From Candidatus Binatia bacterium (lineage in GTDB: Bacteria; Desulfobacterota; Binatia; Bin18): a DNA stretch of 64,000 nucleotides. The DNA lies in contig CAXXHG010000015.1 in NCBI GenBank assembly GCA_963666315.2, forward strand, positions 64,001 to 128,000, written 5' to 3'. Below, in pieces: positions 34,500-44,559 of this stretch. The notes under the pieces are model-generated. The model had not been told where the DNA came from. It saw only the letters and a list, made by a program, of their open reading frames with translations, and made no database searches. A program made the position numbers and the translations under genes. Every line of letters begins with the position of its first letter. The first letter of the stretch is position 1.

Positions 34500-35936
34500 C
34501 TACCATAGTTTTTGTTCGCCCGGCAACGGGTTGACGCGAATCCGGAACACCTGTCGGGTAGCTGGAGTGACCTTCCCCACGTCCCCTCTCACACAGCCCG
34601 GCACCCAGGCGATGTCGCCATGCACTTCAACGACAGGAAACCCACGGCGGAGGGAGCGCAGTACCTTTGCATCAATGAAGACATCATGCAACTTCTTACG
34701 TCCACGCATACCCAGCGGCTGAACCCGATCGCCCGGTCGGTAATTCCGAACAGTAAGCCCTTGAGAAGCGCTGGGTGCATCAAACACTGCCTGCCACAAA
34801 TCTGAACAACGTACGGGCCCTGATCCATCGTTCCATACCACCGCAGGAGAGACTGTCATAGACCAACCCGATGCACCCAATCCTAGCGTATGCCCTAACT
34901 TGAGTTTGTACGCATAATCTATTTCGTTGAGATCTTGCTCTCCCAGATCTTGCCCCTGGGGTTTGATGACTAAACGTTGTCCCTCGCGCACGACGTGGAC
35001 GTTTCCCGGCAACTGAATTATGCCCTGGACTTGCCCTTCACTCAGCTGTGCTAAACGAGTCAGATGATACGCTCCGAGGTCATGCGTTTGCCGCTCAACC
35101 CAGTGACGCAGAATTCGCTGACGCAAGGCTCTGGGTTCAGCCTGGAGTTTCGGCACAGACAAAACATCGGCTTTTTCTTTCACGCGTTTACACGCAATCG
35201 TGGCGAGTTCTTCGAGCCATGCTTCCTCCTCCCGCATTGTCTTCGCTAAGGAGACAAGATGGCGGCGCACTTGTGGGGAGAATTCTTGTTCTAAGAGGGG
35301 CAAGAGATGGTGGCGAATTCTGTTGCGCGTATAGCGTACATCCGCATTACTGGGGTCCGTCGCGTAGGGCAGTTGTCTCTTGTTGATATATGTCATGATT
35401 TCGCGGCGCGAACAATCGAGCAAGGGGCGCATCAGCCAGCCCTCGCGGACGGGTGGGATCCCGGCCAATCCGCGGCGCGCACTGCCTCGCAATATATTGA
35501 ACAGGACGGTCTCGGCTTGGTCGTCTTGCGTATGGGCAGTGGCAATATAATCAAGGCCGTGTTCAGTCTTCATGGCGTGAAAAAACGCATAGCGCTCTTC
35601 CCGTGCCCAGGCTTCTATCCCTGTCTTCTTTTGCCCCGTCCTCTTTCGCTGTGGAGTCAACTCTTTGATCCGCAGCGGAATCTGCCACTGCTGACACAGG
35701 CGTGCAACCAGGTCCTGCTCTTGGCCGGCTTCAGGACGCAGCCTATGGTTGACATGCAAAGCCGTGAGATGGAGCCGATGCGCAGGCGCAAGCGTCATGA
35801 GCGCGCGCAGCAGAGCAACCGAATCCGGGCCGCCGGATATCGCAACGCCGAGCTTGAGGTCGGCGTATGCGGACAAGAGCCTCTGCAAGGCGACCCTGAC
35901 CTTCTGTTCGAGTTGCAGCATCAATCCCAATCCCAA
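34500..35936 (-). CDS. tilS: tRNA(Ile)-lysidine synthetase
   Basis: SGGPDS PP-loop, HVNHRLR, TAHTQDDQAET, RNRIRH. Confidence 0.95.
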   Translation of the reverse strand: MGLGLMLQLEQKVRVALQRLLSAYADLKLGVAISGGPDSVALLRALMTLAPAHRLHLTALHVNHRLRPEAGQEQDLVARLCQQWQIPLRIKELTPQRKRTGQKKTGIEAWAREERYAFFHAMKTEHGLDYIATAHTQDDQAETVLFNILRGSARRGLAGIPPVREGWLMRPLLDCSRREIMTYINKRQLPYATDPSNADVRYTRNRIRHHLLPLLEQEFSPQVRRHLVSLAKTMREEEAWLEELATIACKRVKEKADVLSVPKLQAEPRALRQRILRHWVERQTHDLGAYHLTRLAQLSEGQVQGIIQLPGNVHVVREGQRLVIKPQGQDLGEQDLNEIDYAYKLKLGHTLGLGASGWSMTVSPAVVWNDGSGPVRCSDLWQAVFDAPSASQGLTVRNYRPGDRVQPLGMRGRKKLHDVFIDAKVLRSLRRGFPVVEVHGDIAWVPGCVRGDVGKVTPATRQVFRIRVNPLPGEQKLW

Positions 35937-35993
35937 GTAAAAAAGGCGTTCTTATAGAACGCCCCTCTCTCAAGTATATAGACCGTAGCGCCG

Positions 35994-36113
35994 TCAGTCT
36001 GATGCGTCGCTATCACCCTTTGCGTTTCGCATCAGTACCATGACTGCTGAGATCAGGGCGAAAATCACGGCAATCCCCGTAAGTGTCTGTATAAATACTG
36101 CAAGTGGGTCCAT
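35994..36113 (-). CDS. 39-aa single-TM small protein
   Basis: MDPLAVFIQTLTGIAVIFALISAVMVLMRNAKGDSDASD; AAGGAGG RBS 7 nt upstream of the ATG. Confidence 0.6.
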   Translation of the reverse strand: MDPLAVFIQTLTGIAVIFALISAVMVLMRNAKGDSDASD

Positions 36114-36173
36114 ACCACAGCCTCCTTACTAATAGCACTCTATTGGGGCCACTGCTTTCAGGTCAATGCAGCG

Positions 36174-36247
36174 TAGCGGCGGGCGGACTCGAACCGCCGA
36201 CCTAGGGATTATGAGACCCTCGCTCTAGCCACCTGAGCTACGCCGCC
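36174..36247 (-). tRNA. tRNA-Met (CAT), elongator type; CCA not encoded
   Basis: GGCGGCG acceptor stem, anticodon loop CTCATAA, TTCGAGT T-loop; full cloverleaf. Confidence 0.93.
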
Positions 36248-36359
36248 ATGCGAGTGTTAAACCCGCCAGCCCATGGAAAGTCAAGAGCAGGGCTATAGAC
36301 CACATAAAAGGCGGCTTTCCCCTTCAACTCTTTTGCGCAATGCGAGCATTGCTGAGAAG

Positions 36360-37145
36360 TTATGGATGGTTGAGGGCCCTCCCATTACCGCTCACTGTTC
36401 CGTACAGATAGTGCTGCGTCAGCTCATCGCGCAGGAAACTGAATGCACTGTCTACGTCATCACACAATCGGAACAGTCCTAAATCTTCTTTACTGATCGT
36501 TCCCCAGCGGACCATCGCATCAAAATTCACCACCTCATTCCAGTAGTCAGAACCGTATAACACGGTCGGCATATGTTTTGTGGTTTTCTGCGTCTGCACC
36601 AGGGTCAAGAGTTCAAACAGCTCGTCTAAAGTCCCAAAACCACCAGGGAAAACCACAATCGCTTTTGCCAGATACGCAAACCAGTATTTGCGAATAAAGA
36701 AATAGTGAAATTCAAAGTTCAGATTATCCGTTTGGTAAGGGTTCGGATCTTGCTCAAAGGGCAAACTGATATTGAGTCCAACGGATTCTCCGCCAGCCAA
36801 ATATGCCCCCCGATTGGCAGCCTCCATAAATCCAGGCCCGCCGCCTGAACAGATCGTAAAGCGCCGCTGAGCGGGCTTTATCGTGGATGACCACTCGGTC
36901 AATCGCCTCGCAAGCTGAACAGCGTCGTCATAATAGCGCGTTAAGCCTGCTGCCGAAGGGTTGTCGGGATTACTTGGGACCGCTCGGGCAGAGCCAAAAA
37001 AGACTATCGTATTTTCAACATTATGTCGCCGAAAGCGCTGCTCCGGCTCAGTCAGCTCGCACAGGACCCGAATGGCTCGGGCACTGGAACTCTTTAAAAA
37101 GGCAATGTCTTCGTAGGCTTTTGGTACATGCTGTTTTTTCTGCAT
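36360..37145 (-). CDS. LOG-family protein (TIGR00730-like)
   Basis: FFGSAR, SGGGPGFMEAANRGA, PGGFGTLDE. Confidence 0.9.
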   Translation of the reverse strand: MQKKQHVPKAYEDIAFLKSSSARAIRVLCELTEPEQRFRRHNVENTIVFFGSARAVPSNPDNPSAAGLTRYYDDAVQLARRLTEWSSTIKPAQRRFTICSGGGPGFMEAANRGAYLAGGESVGLNISLPFEQDPNPYQTDNLNFEFHYFFIRKYWFAYLAKAIVVFPGGFGTLDELFELLTLVQTQKTTKHMPTVLYGSDYWNEVVNFDAMVRWGTISKEDLGLFRLCDDVDSAFSFLRDELTQHYLYGTVSGNGRALNHP

Positions 37146-37287
37146 GTGTTCAGAATACCAGCTTTAACAGCCGGATAAGAACACGGGTCGGAGGAATGAT
37201 GTCTCGGGCTAAAACGCAGGGAAGAGAAGAAACGTTCACGACCCGGCAAGATTCGACGTGACCTGGCGTGATCTGAATTGTCGAGCG

Positions 37288-38022
37288 TCAGTCTGCGGGC
37301 TCTCCATCTGTCCAATACACATCAACATCGGCCATCGTCACCTGCTGCCGGCCACGTTCGATCTGGAAGAGCTTTTTTTCCGTGATTTCCAGGCAAGACA
37401 ACTTCCCACCATAGACAAGGCCGGTATCAATGCCCACTTTGTAGGGTAAATCGAAATCGACTTCACGGCGCGGCGTATGGCCATACACGATGGTATAGGG
37501 CAGGTTGTGCGGATGGGAAAAAAACGCCTCACGAATCCAGAGCAGGTCCTCCGCAACTTGCACATCCAGGGATCCGCCCGGATTGACGCCCGCGTGGACA
37601 CACAAAATATCATCGACAGGTAACAAAAGCTTGAGACCCAAAAAAAACTCGCGGTGGGCTTCGGGCAGGGCCAGCGCGATCTCATCGCCGGGAGTGAGTG
37701 GATCACAGTGATAGCTGGCTATCGTCTGCCGTCCGCCATTCATGAGAAACCCTTGACCATAGAGCCCCTCATAACCGAGGAAGTCCAGGAACATGTCCTC
37801 ATGATTGCCCCTGAGAAAAGTAAAAGTACACACGTTGTCAGCCCGCATCCCTAAGAGCAAATCGACAACGGCTTTCGCATCAGGCCCGCGGTCAATATAG
37901 TCGCCTAAACAGACGAGATGGTCTTCTGTCTGCAAAGAAAGATCCTTGAGCAGCGCCTCAAGTTCTCCCGGACAGGCATGAATGTCTCCAACGATAAAAA
38001 ATCGGCCTGATTGATCTGCCAC
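37288..38022 (-). CDS. Metallophosphoesterase (PPP-type Ser/Thr phosphatase family)
   Basis: GDIH, GDYIDRG, RGNHE, HAG, GHTP, IDTG. Confidence 0.92.
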   Translation of the reverse strand: MADQSGRFFIVGDIHACPGELEALLKDLSLQTEDHLVCLGDYIDRGPDAKAVVDLLLGMRADNVCTFTFLRGNHEDMFLDFLGYEGLYGQGFLMNGGRQTIASYHCDPLTPGDEIALALPEAHREFFLGLKLLLPVDDILCVHAGVNPGGSLDVQVAEDLLWIREAFFSHPHNLPYTIVYGHTPRREVDFDLPYKVGIDTGLVYGGKLSCLEITEKKLFQIERGRQQVTMADVDVYWTDGEPAD

Positions 38023-38031
38023 AACACCCTG

Positions 38032-38805
38032 CTATCGTCCGGTATACACTGGTTCACGTTTTTCGCGGAAGGCTCGTATGCCCTCTTTCACATCTTCAGA
38101 ATGCATCAGTTTCCGCTGCGCCGCCATCTCGGCAGTGAGCGTCTCTCCAAGACCCGACCCTAAAGCGTTATGCATCGACGTCTTGATGGCCGCGAGCGCC
38201 AACGGCGCATTCTTTGCCAGTCGATCCGCATATGCGCTGACCTGTTCGCGCAAATTGTCTCCAGTCAGTACCCGGTTCACCAAGCCCATATCGGCCGCTT
38301 CCGTGGCATCCAGCATATCACCACTGAGAGCCATTTCCATGCCTCGCATGCCTGTCAAACGGGGCAGAAAATAGCTGGCGCCACCGTCGATAGTGAGTCC
38401 GCGTTTGACAAAAATAAGCGAGAAGCGGGCTGCAGCCGAAGCCAAACGAATATCCGACGCCAGGGCCAATGAACATCCAAAGCCGACGGCCGCGCCATCC
38501 ACTGCGGCAATCACAGGTTTTGGCATATTCCAGATCGTCCGGATAACGGCGTTAAAGCCGTCTTCAGCGAGATCTTCTCCAGGAGACGCAGGACGAGCCG
38601 GAGCAGCACGTAGATCAGCCCCAGAGCAAAAGGCTCCGCCCGCACCAGTCAGCACCAGAACCCGCGTGTCAGCATCGCTCCCGCCCTCAGTTAACGCCTC
38701 TTTCAGTGCATATATCGTATCCCGGTCCAACGCGTTTTTACGCTCAGGCCGGTTTATGGTGACCCAACGCACCTGGTGTTGTTTTTCATTCAAGACAACG
38801 TTCAT
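38032..38805 (-). CDS. Enoyl-CoA hydratase/isomerase family protein
   Basis: NRPERKNAL, FCSGADL, AAVDGAAVGFG, EGIRAFREKREP. Confidence 0.92.
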   Translation of the reverse strand: MNVVLNEKQHQVRWVTINRPERKNALDRDTIYALKEALTEGGSDADTRVLVLTGAGGAFCSGADLRAAPARPASPGEDLAEDGFNAVIRTIWNMPKPVIAAVDGAAVGFGCSLALASDIRLASAAARFSLIFVKRGLTIDGGASYFLPRLTGMRGMEMALSGDMLDATEAADMGLVNRVLTGDNLREQVSAYADRLAKNAPLALAAIKTSMHNALGSGLGETLTAEMAAQRKLMHSEDVKEGIRAFREKREPVYTGR

Positions 38806-39461
38806 GCGTGAACTCCTCCACACGTGCGACAAAGACGTGCGATATCTTATGGATGAGAGTCTGCACTACATCGGGGAAGGATATCGGCTTGCCGTCTTGC
38901 TCTTTTAGACTGGTCACGCCCATGCCGGCAAGCCCGCAGGGAACGATATAAGTAAAGGGGAGTAAATCAAGGTCCACATTGAGACAGAAGCCGTGCAGGG
39001 AGACCTTCTGCCGCACGACAATTCCAACTGCACCGATTTTTTCTCTTCCACCCACACACCCGGCTGCCCAATTTTTCTCTGTGTGGACACGCCGAAATGC
39101 GGACAACTCAGCAGCATGACGTCTTCCAGCTGCGCAATAAAGCGTCGTACGCCATACTTTTTGAGGACGGAGGAGAAGAGTGGATACACAACGAGTTGGC
39201 CCGGTGCATGATACATTCCCCTCCGCCGCGGTCGGCGTGCTCCACGCGTGTGCCTCTTTTGCCCAGTTGCTCGCGCGAAACGAGCAGCTGGTCTTTCGGG
39301 TTTTGGGCGTAACGGTAGCCCAGCGTAATAACAGGCCGGTGTTGCGTCAGCAGGAGTATATTGGCCTGCTTCTCCCGGCACCAGGCATGCCAATGTCGTT
39401 GTATGCGGAGGGCGTGTGCATACTCGGTTACGCCAAGATCATAATACTGAATAGGCATCAT
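38786..39461 (-). pseudogene. lipB: Lipoyl(octanoyl) transferase LipB, frameshifted
   Basis: QHRPVITLG, DRGG, YHAPGQLVVYP, KIGAVG, HGFCLNV, IVPCGL split over three frames. Confidence 0.85.
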
Positions 39462-39623
39462 CGCTCGCTACTCGGCTTTCTACTCGTTGGGGTAGGCCAG
39501 TGTTGTCCTTTGAGCGGTACGTTTGGACCTGACATATTCATCATTCAACATTGTTCACACGTGTTCATTATTTTCAGCTTGACGCCTGTCTCTGCGGGTG
39601 GTAGCGGGAAGCGAAGGCTTGTT

Positions 39624-39974
39624 ATGACTCCTGTGTCTTCACTGTATCAGAGCACTCTTTTTATTATCGGTATTGTGCTGATCGCCCTGGGAATAGGCAA
39701 CACCGTTGTCGCGCAGGTCAAGGTCCGCCAATATCAGGCCGGTCTAGCCCAGACTCCTCCCGCTATGGAAACGGAGCAGACGTTCGGCAAAAACGCCCGA
39801 CTCCACCACTTCGCGAGTGAAGCCTGGAGTCGGCGGGCAGTAGCACGGGCCAAGCTGGACTTTTATCAAGTGCTCCTCAGTAGCGGCTGGCTCATGCTCA
39901 GCACAGGAACACTGTGCGCGGTTATTGCCGTTCGGCGTACTCGGTATCTGCGCACCCGTGTAGCCCGGCCCTAA
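39624..39974 (+). CDS. Hypothetical two-TM membrane protein
   Basis: MTPVSSLYQSTLFIIGIVLIALG...; two hydrophobic segments; fills the gap before cofG. Confidence 0.6.
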   Translation: MTPVSSLYQSTLFIIGIVLIALGIGNTVVAQVKVRQYQAGLAQTPPAMETEQTFGKNARLHHFASEAWSRRAVARAKLDFYQVLLSSGWLMLSTGTLCAVIAVRRTRYLRTRVARP

Positions 39975-40094
39975 ATAGAATCTCGCGGCACGCCCGAGCC
40001 AGCATGTTTTTTCCCATATTATACAGGAGTTTGGCAACAGAAAGTCCGAGGATAACAAATATCACTAAAAAGTGAGATTTCTGAGACAACCTAG

Positions 40095-40123
40095 TTGACA
40101 TTGCCCCAGTGCTCTACTAGTGT
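40095..40123 (+). promoter_or_regulatory. Putative sigma70 promoter of the cof cluster
   Basis: TTGACA-N17-TAGTGT, 30 nt upstream of cofG. Confidence 0.55.
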
Positions 40124-40153
40124 TGCCCTGGTACTGAACCTGGGGGCTACCGA

Positions 40154-41308
40154 GTGGAACATCACACTTCTGTGATATTAGAAAAAGCGCTTGCAGACAC
40201 CATCCTCTCTGCAGCAGACGGCTACCGCCTGCTGCACTGCTCCGAGGACGAAGTGCCTGCACTACGCGATGCGGCGAGCGCTCTACGTGACCGTCATAAA
40301 GGTCGTACGGTGACCTATTCACGTAAGGTCTTTCTGCCTATCACCAATCTGTGTCGGGATCGGTGTTCATACTGCACCTTCCGCAAAGACCCCCGCGACC
40401 CGGATGCGTGGACGATGCGTCCGGATGAAATACAAACCTGGCTGGAGCGCGCCCAAGTCCAGGGTTGCAAAGAAGCCCTTATGTGTCTGGGCGATAAGCC
40501 GGAAAATGCCTTTAGCAGCTACCGGGAAACGCTGGCCAGCTTCGGCCATAAGACCACGACGGAGTACGTCTACCGGGCGTGTGAGATGGCGCTTTCGTAT
40601 GGTTTGCTGCCACACACGAATGCGGGGATCATGAGCTACGACGAGATGAAGTGGCTCAAGGATGTCAACGTCAGCCTCGGTCTCATGCTGGAAAACATTA
40701 GCCCGCGTCTGTGTGAACGCGGCATGGCCCATTTTTCCGCTCCAGACAAACGGCCGGAAGTACGGGTGCAGATGATCCGTGAGGCGGGAGAGCTCGCCAT
40801 CCCCTTCACCACCGGCATCCTCATCGGCATCGGCGAAACACGCGAAGAAGTCGTCGATAGTTTGATCGCCATCCGCGATTTGCACCAGGAATACGGGCAT
40901 ATCCAAGAAGTCATTGTTCAGAATTTCAGAGCCAAGCCTAAGACACGCATGGCAGACGCCCCCGAGCCGGAGAGTGCTGAAATGGCACGCACGGTCGCCG
41001 TTGCGCGACTGCTTTTGGGTGGCCAAATGAACGTCCAAGCGCCACCCAATCTGAGCCCGCAGGACCACCGGCTGCTTCTCCGGGCCGGGATTAACGACTG
41101 GGGCGGTATCTCGCCGGTGACCATGGACTACATCAATCCGGAAGCTGCCTGGCCGCATCTCGACTTATTGGCGAAGACGTGCGCGGAGGAAGGCTTTACG
41201 CTGTGCGAGCGGCTGGCCATTTATGAAGAATACATAGACCGTCCAGGCTTCCTATTACCTACGTTGCGACCGCGCGCCCAAGAGCTGCAAGCTGAAGTAG
41301 CGGCATGA
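40154..41308 (+). CDS. cofG: FO synthase subunit CofG
   Basis: TYSRKVFLPITNLCRDRCSYCTF, LLPHTNAG, PFTTGILIGIGE, QAPPNL, GINDWGG. Confidence 0.95.
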   Translation: MEHHTSVILEKALADTILSAADGYRLLHCSEDEVPALRDAASALRDRHKGRTVTYSRKVFLPITNLCRDRCSYCTFRKDPRDPDAWTMRPDEIQTWLERAQVQGCKEALMCLGDKPENAFSSYRETLASFGHKTTTEYVYRACEMALSYGLLPHTNAGIMSYDEMKWLKDVNVSLGLMLENISPRLCERGMAHFSAPDKRPEVRVQMIREAGELAIPFTTGILIGIGETREEVVDSLIAIRDLHQEYGHIQEVIVQNFRAKPKTRMADAPEPESAEMARTVAVARLLLGGQMNVQAPPNLSPQDHRLLLRAGINDWGGISPVTMDYINPEAAWPHLDLLAKTCAEEGFTLCERLAIYEEYIDRPGFLLPTLRPRAQELQAEVAA

Positions 41309-41380
41309 AGCCCCGGCCTGAGAACGTCTTAAGAGAAAGAACCCTCAACCCCAAAATTTTGAGAGTAAGGAGACCCAGCC

Positions 41381-42685
41381 GTGGCAATCGATAAAATTGC
41401 TGGCATCCTTGAACACATCGATTCGCAGATCAGCACCATCCTCCACCGAGCCCTGGAAGATCAAGAAATCTCCTGGCAGGACGGCCTCCACCTATGCGAA
41501 ACAAACGGCATAGATTTCCACGCCGTTTGCCTAGTGGCGGATGAAATGCGCAAGCGTCAAGTGGGCGATGTCGTAACCTACGTCGTCAACCGCAACATCA
41601 ACTTCACCAATGTGTGTATCAAGCACTGCACCTTTTGCGCGTTCAGCAGGGAGTATCGTGAGGAAGAAGGCTATTTCCTGCCAGAGGAAGAGATCATTCG
41701 CCGTGCGCGGGAAGCCGTGGACATGGGTGCAACGGAAGTATGCATGCAGGCCGGCCTGCCGCCTAAAATGAAGGGCAGCCTCTACATCGACCTCACCCGA
41801 GCGGTCAAAAAGGAATTTCCGGATTTACACATTCATGCCTTTTCACCAGAAGAGGTTTTGTACGGATCGCTTCGATCAGGTGTCTCCATTCTACAGTATA
41901 TACGGGAACTCAAAAACGCAGGTCTGGACACCCTCCCCGGTACCTCAGCAGAAATCCTGGATCAGGAAATCCGCGATATTATCGCGCCGGGACGCATCTC
42001 GACTAAGCAGTGGATTGAAGTCATTACTTCAGCGCATAGTCTGGGTATTCCGACCACATCCACAATTATGTACGGGCATATTGAGACCCCAACGCATTGG
42101 GTCAAACATATGAATCTGCTCCGAGATATTCAAAAGGAAACCGGAGGTTTTACTGAGTTTGTTCCGTTGTCGCTCATTCACCAAGAAGCGCCCATGTACC
42201 AGCGTAAGCTGGTCAAAGGCGTACGCGAGGGTGCGACCGGAGTAGAAGTCATCAAGATGCATGCAGTCGCTCGTCTGATGCTGGGCCCCACATTCCGTAA
42301 TATTCAGTCGTCGTGGGTCAAAGAAGGTCCCAAGATGTCACAATACCTACTGACGGTCGGCGCAAATGATCTGGGCGGAACACTGATTAACGAGAGCATT
42401 TCTACGTCGGCGGGGGCACAGTACGGACAGCTCGTTCCACCACGAGAACTGCGTCGCTTGATTCGCGACATTGGTCGAACCCCGGCCGAACGGTTAACGA
42501 CGTATAAGCTGCGCACCGTCTTTAACGGGACCGACGATAAATTGAGCCCCTTAGATATGGTTGAGAATGCAGATGAGAAATTCGGGTCGTACCGAAGGCT
42601 CACCGCGTCAGACCAGTTCCGTTACGTCCATCCGTTTGAGCGAGACAAACAAGAAACCGCCCACTCAACGTGTAACCTCCACTAA
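41381..42685 (+). CDS. cofH: FO synthase subunit CofH
   Basis: VTYVVNRNINFTNVCIKHCTFC, PGTSAEIL, GANDLGGTLINESIS. Confidence 0.93.
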   Translation: MAIDKIAGILEHIDSQISTILHRALEDQEISWQDGLHLCETNGIDFHAVCLVADEMRKRQVGDVVTYVVNRNINFTNVCIKHCTFCAFSREYREEEGYFLPEEEIIRRAREAVDMGATEVCMQAGLPPKMKGSLYIDLTRAVKKEFPDLHIHAFSPEEVLYGSLRSGVSILQYIRELKNAGLDTLPGTSAEILDQEIRDIIAPGRISTKQWIEVITSAHSLGIPTTSTIMYGHIETPTHWVKHMNLLRDIQKETGGFTEFVPLSLIHQEAPMYQRKLVKGVREGATGVEVIKMHAVARLMLGPTFRNIQSSWVKEGPKMSQYLLTVGANDLGGTLINESISTSAGAQYGQLVPPRELRRLIRDIGRTPAERLTTYKLRTVFNGTDDKLSPLDMVENADEKFGSYRRLTASDQFRYVHPFERDKQETAHSTCNLH

Positions 42686-42725
42686 ACGTGTAGCGGAGGG
42701 CGACTAGCCTTCCGCTCTTTTCATC

Positions 42726-43697
42726 GTGCCGACACTGAAATCTTTGCGTGTGACCGCCTTGGCAGGCGGGGTGGGTGCCGCCCGTTTCCTCCGCGGGGTC
42801 GTTCGCGTCAGTCCAGCTGTCAATTTGTGTGTCATCGTCAACACAGGTGATGACGACGAGTTCTTTGGTTTATCGGTCTCGCCTGATGTCGACACCATCA
42901 CCTATACGTTAGCCGACGCTGTTGATTCTGCAAAAGGCTGGGGTCTCCCCCAAGAGACCCATCGCTGCCTCGGGGCACTCGGACGCTATTATGCCGACAC
43001 CTGGTTCGGCCTCGGCGATGCAGACCTCGCCACGCATGTGTTTCGTACCCACCTCCTGCGTCAGGGCCAAACGTTGACCGCGGTCACAGCGAAAATTGCA
43101 CGCAAGTGGGGGATCGAAGCCACGGTTCTGCCCATGAGTGATGACCGCGTCCGTACCATTGTCCACACTGAGGCAGGCGCCCTGCCCTTTCAGGAATATT
43201 TCGTGAAGCAACGCGGAGAAGGTCAAGTTTCAAAAGTTGAACTCAGTGGGATAGCATCCGCCCAGCCGGCGCCGGGCGTGTGTGATTCTCTTCGCAGCGC
43301 CGATCTGGTCATTCTCCCACCCAGTAACCCCCTGGTGAGTATCGGGCCTATTGTTGCTCTGCCTGGTGTTCGAGCAGCACTCCAAGAAACCCAGGCTCCC
43401 GTAGTAGCCATCAGTCCCCTTGTGGCCGGCAAGCCCATTAAAGGCCCGGCGGACAAGATGCTCGCAGGGCTGGGCATTGAAGTTTCATCCGTCGGCATCG
43501 CGAATTTATACCAAGACTTTGTTGATACCTTTGTTCTTGATGAGCAAGATGCAGCGCAGCGTGAACGTCTGGAAAAATTGGGGATGGCTGTTATTGTCAC
43601 TGACACGGTTATGAGCAATATGGATAAATCTGTTGCGCTGGCGCGGACGGTTATTGACTACCAGCATACGAAACGACCGAAGGATACACACGCCTGA
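42726..43697 (+). CDS. cofD: 2-phospho-L-lactate (phosphoenolpyruvate) transferase
   Basis: LAGGVGAARF, NTGDD, PDVDT, FQEYFV, PSNPLVSIGPI, KGPA. Confidence 0.95.
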   Translation: MPTLKSLRVTALAGGVGAARFLRGVVRVSPAVNLCVIVNTGDDDEFFGLSVSPDVDTITYTLADAVDSAKGWGLPQETHRCLGALGRYYADTWFGLGDADLATHVFRTHLLRQGQTLTAVTAKIARKWGIEATVLPMSDDRVRTIVHTEAGALPFQEYFVKQRGEGQVSKVELSGIASAQPAPGVCDSLRSADLVILPPSNPLVSIGPIVALPGVRAALQETQAPVVAISPLVAGKPIKGPADKMLAGLGIEVSSVGIANLYQDFVDTFVLDEQDAAQRERLEKLGMAVIVTDTVMSNMDKSVALARTVIDYQHTKRPKDTHA

Positions 43698-43709
43698 AGC
43701 GGAGCGCGT

Positions 43710-44462
43710 ATGAGCACAATTGCCATTATCCCCATCCCCGGCGTGCCTCAGATTCAGCCCGGCGACGACCTGCCATCGTTGTTGCTTGAGGCTATTGATG
43801 CCGCCAAAGTCGGTCTCAAAGACGGCGATATTTTGGTCATGTGTCAAAAGATCGTCTCAAAAGCGGAAGGGGCAGTCCTCGATTTAAAGACGGTTACGCC
43901 CTCCCCCTTTGCGGTACAGATTGCTGAAATGTGGGAAAAAGACCCACGTATGGTCGAAGTTGTTCTCACTGAGAGTAGTCGCATTGTCCGCATGAAAGAC
44001 GGTGTGATAATCACCGAGACGAAGCATGGCTGGGTGTGTGCGAACTCCGGCGTTGATGCCTCGAACACGATTGCCGAGGACGTTGTCATTCTCCTGCCCA
44101 AAGACCCGGATGCTTCGGCCCGCGATATTCGGATCGCGATTCAGAACCGGCGCAATATTTCTATCGGCGTGGTAATCACGGACACCTTTGGCCGCCCGTG
44201 GCGCGATGGCCTGGTCGAGTTCGCCCTCGGCGTCTCAGGACTTGATCCACTCGACGATCAACGCGGCGAAGTGGATCTTCAGGGCCGTGAACTGCGCCAT
44301 ACCGTTGTTGCCGTGGCCGACGAACTCGCCGCCGCCGCCGGGCTCCTCATGGAAAAAAGCGCGGCCGTGCCAGCCATAATTATTCGCGGCTATAAATTCA
44401 CCCCAGCCGAGGTTGGCAGCGACTCACTGAAACGTCCGGCAGACACGGATTTGTTTCGTTAG
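43710..44462 (+). CDS. cofE: Coenzyme F420-0:L-glutamate ligase (single domain)
   Basis: KIVSKAEG, CANSGVDASN, DTFGRPWR, ADELAAAA, DLFR. Confidence 0.95.
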   Translation: MSTIAIIPIPGVPQIQPGDDLPSLLLEAIDAAKVGLKDGDILVMCQKIVSKAEGAVLDLKTVTPSPFAVQIAEMWEKDPRMVEVVLTESSRIVRMKDGVIITETKHGWVCANSGVDASNTIAEDVVILLPKDPDASARDIRIAIQNRRNISIGVVITDTFGRPWRDGLVEFALGVSGLDPLDDQRGEVDLQGRELRHTVVAVADELAAAAGLLMEKSAAVPAIIIRGYKFTPAEVGSDSLKRPADTDLFR

Positions 44463-44559
44463 GAAACAGGCAAGACCGCTTCTTCCATTCTTCAATTTTG
44501 CAGCCCATTGGCAACGACGCTGTTGGACGATTTTAGTCTTTACCCCTCTGCCCCCGATA

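Noticed and set aside
36174-36247. tRNA-Ile2 (lysidine), suggested by its position near tilS
   Set aside because: The GGCGGCG acceptor stem fits elongator Met better; it also lacks initiator features (no C1:A72 mismatch).
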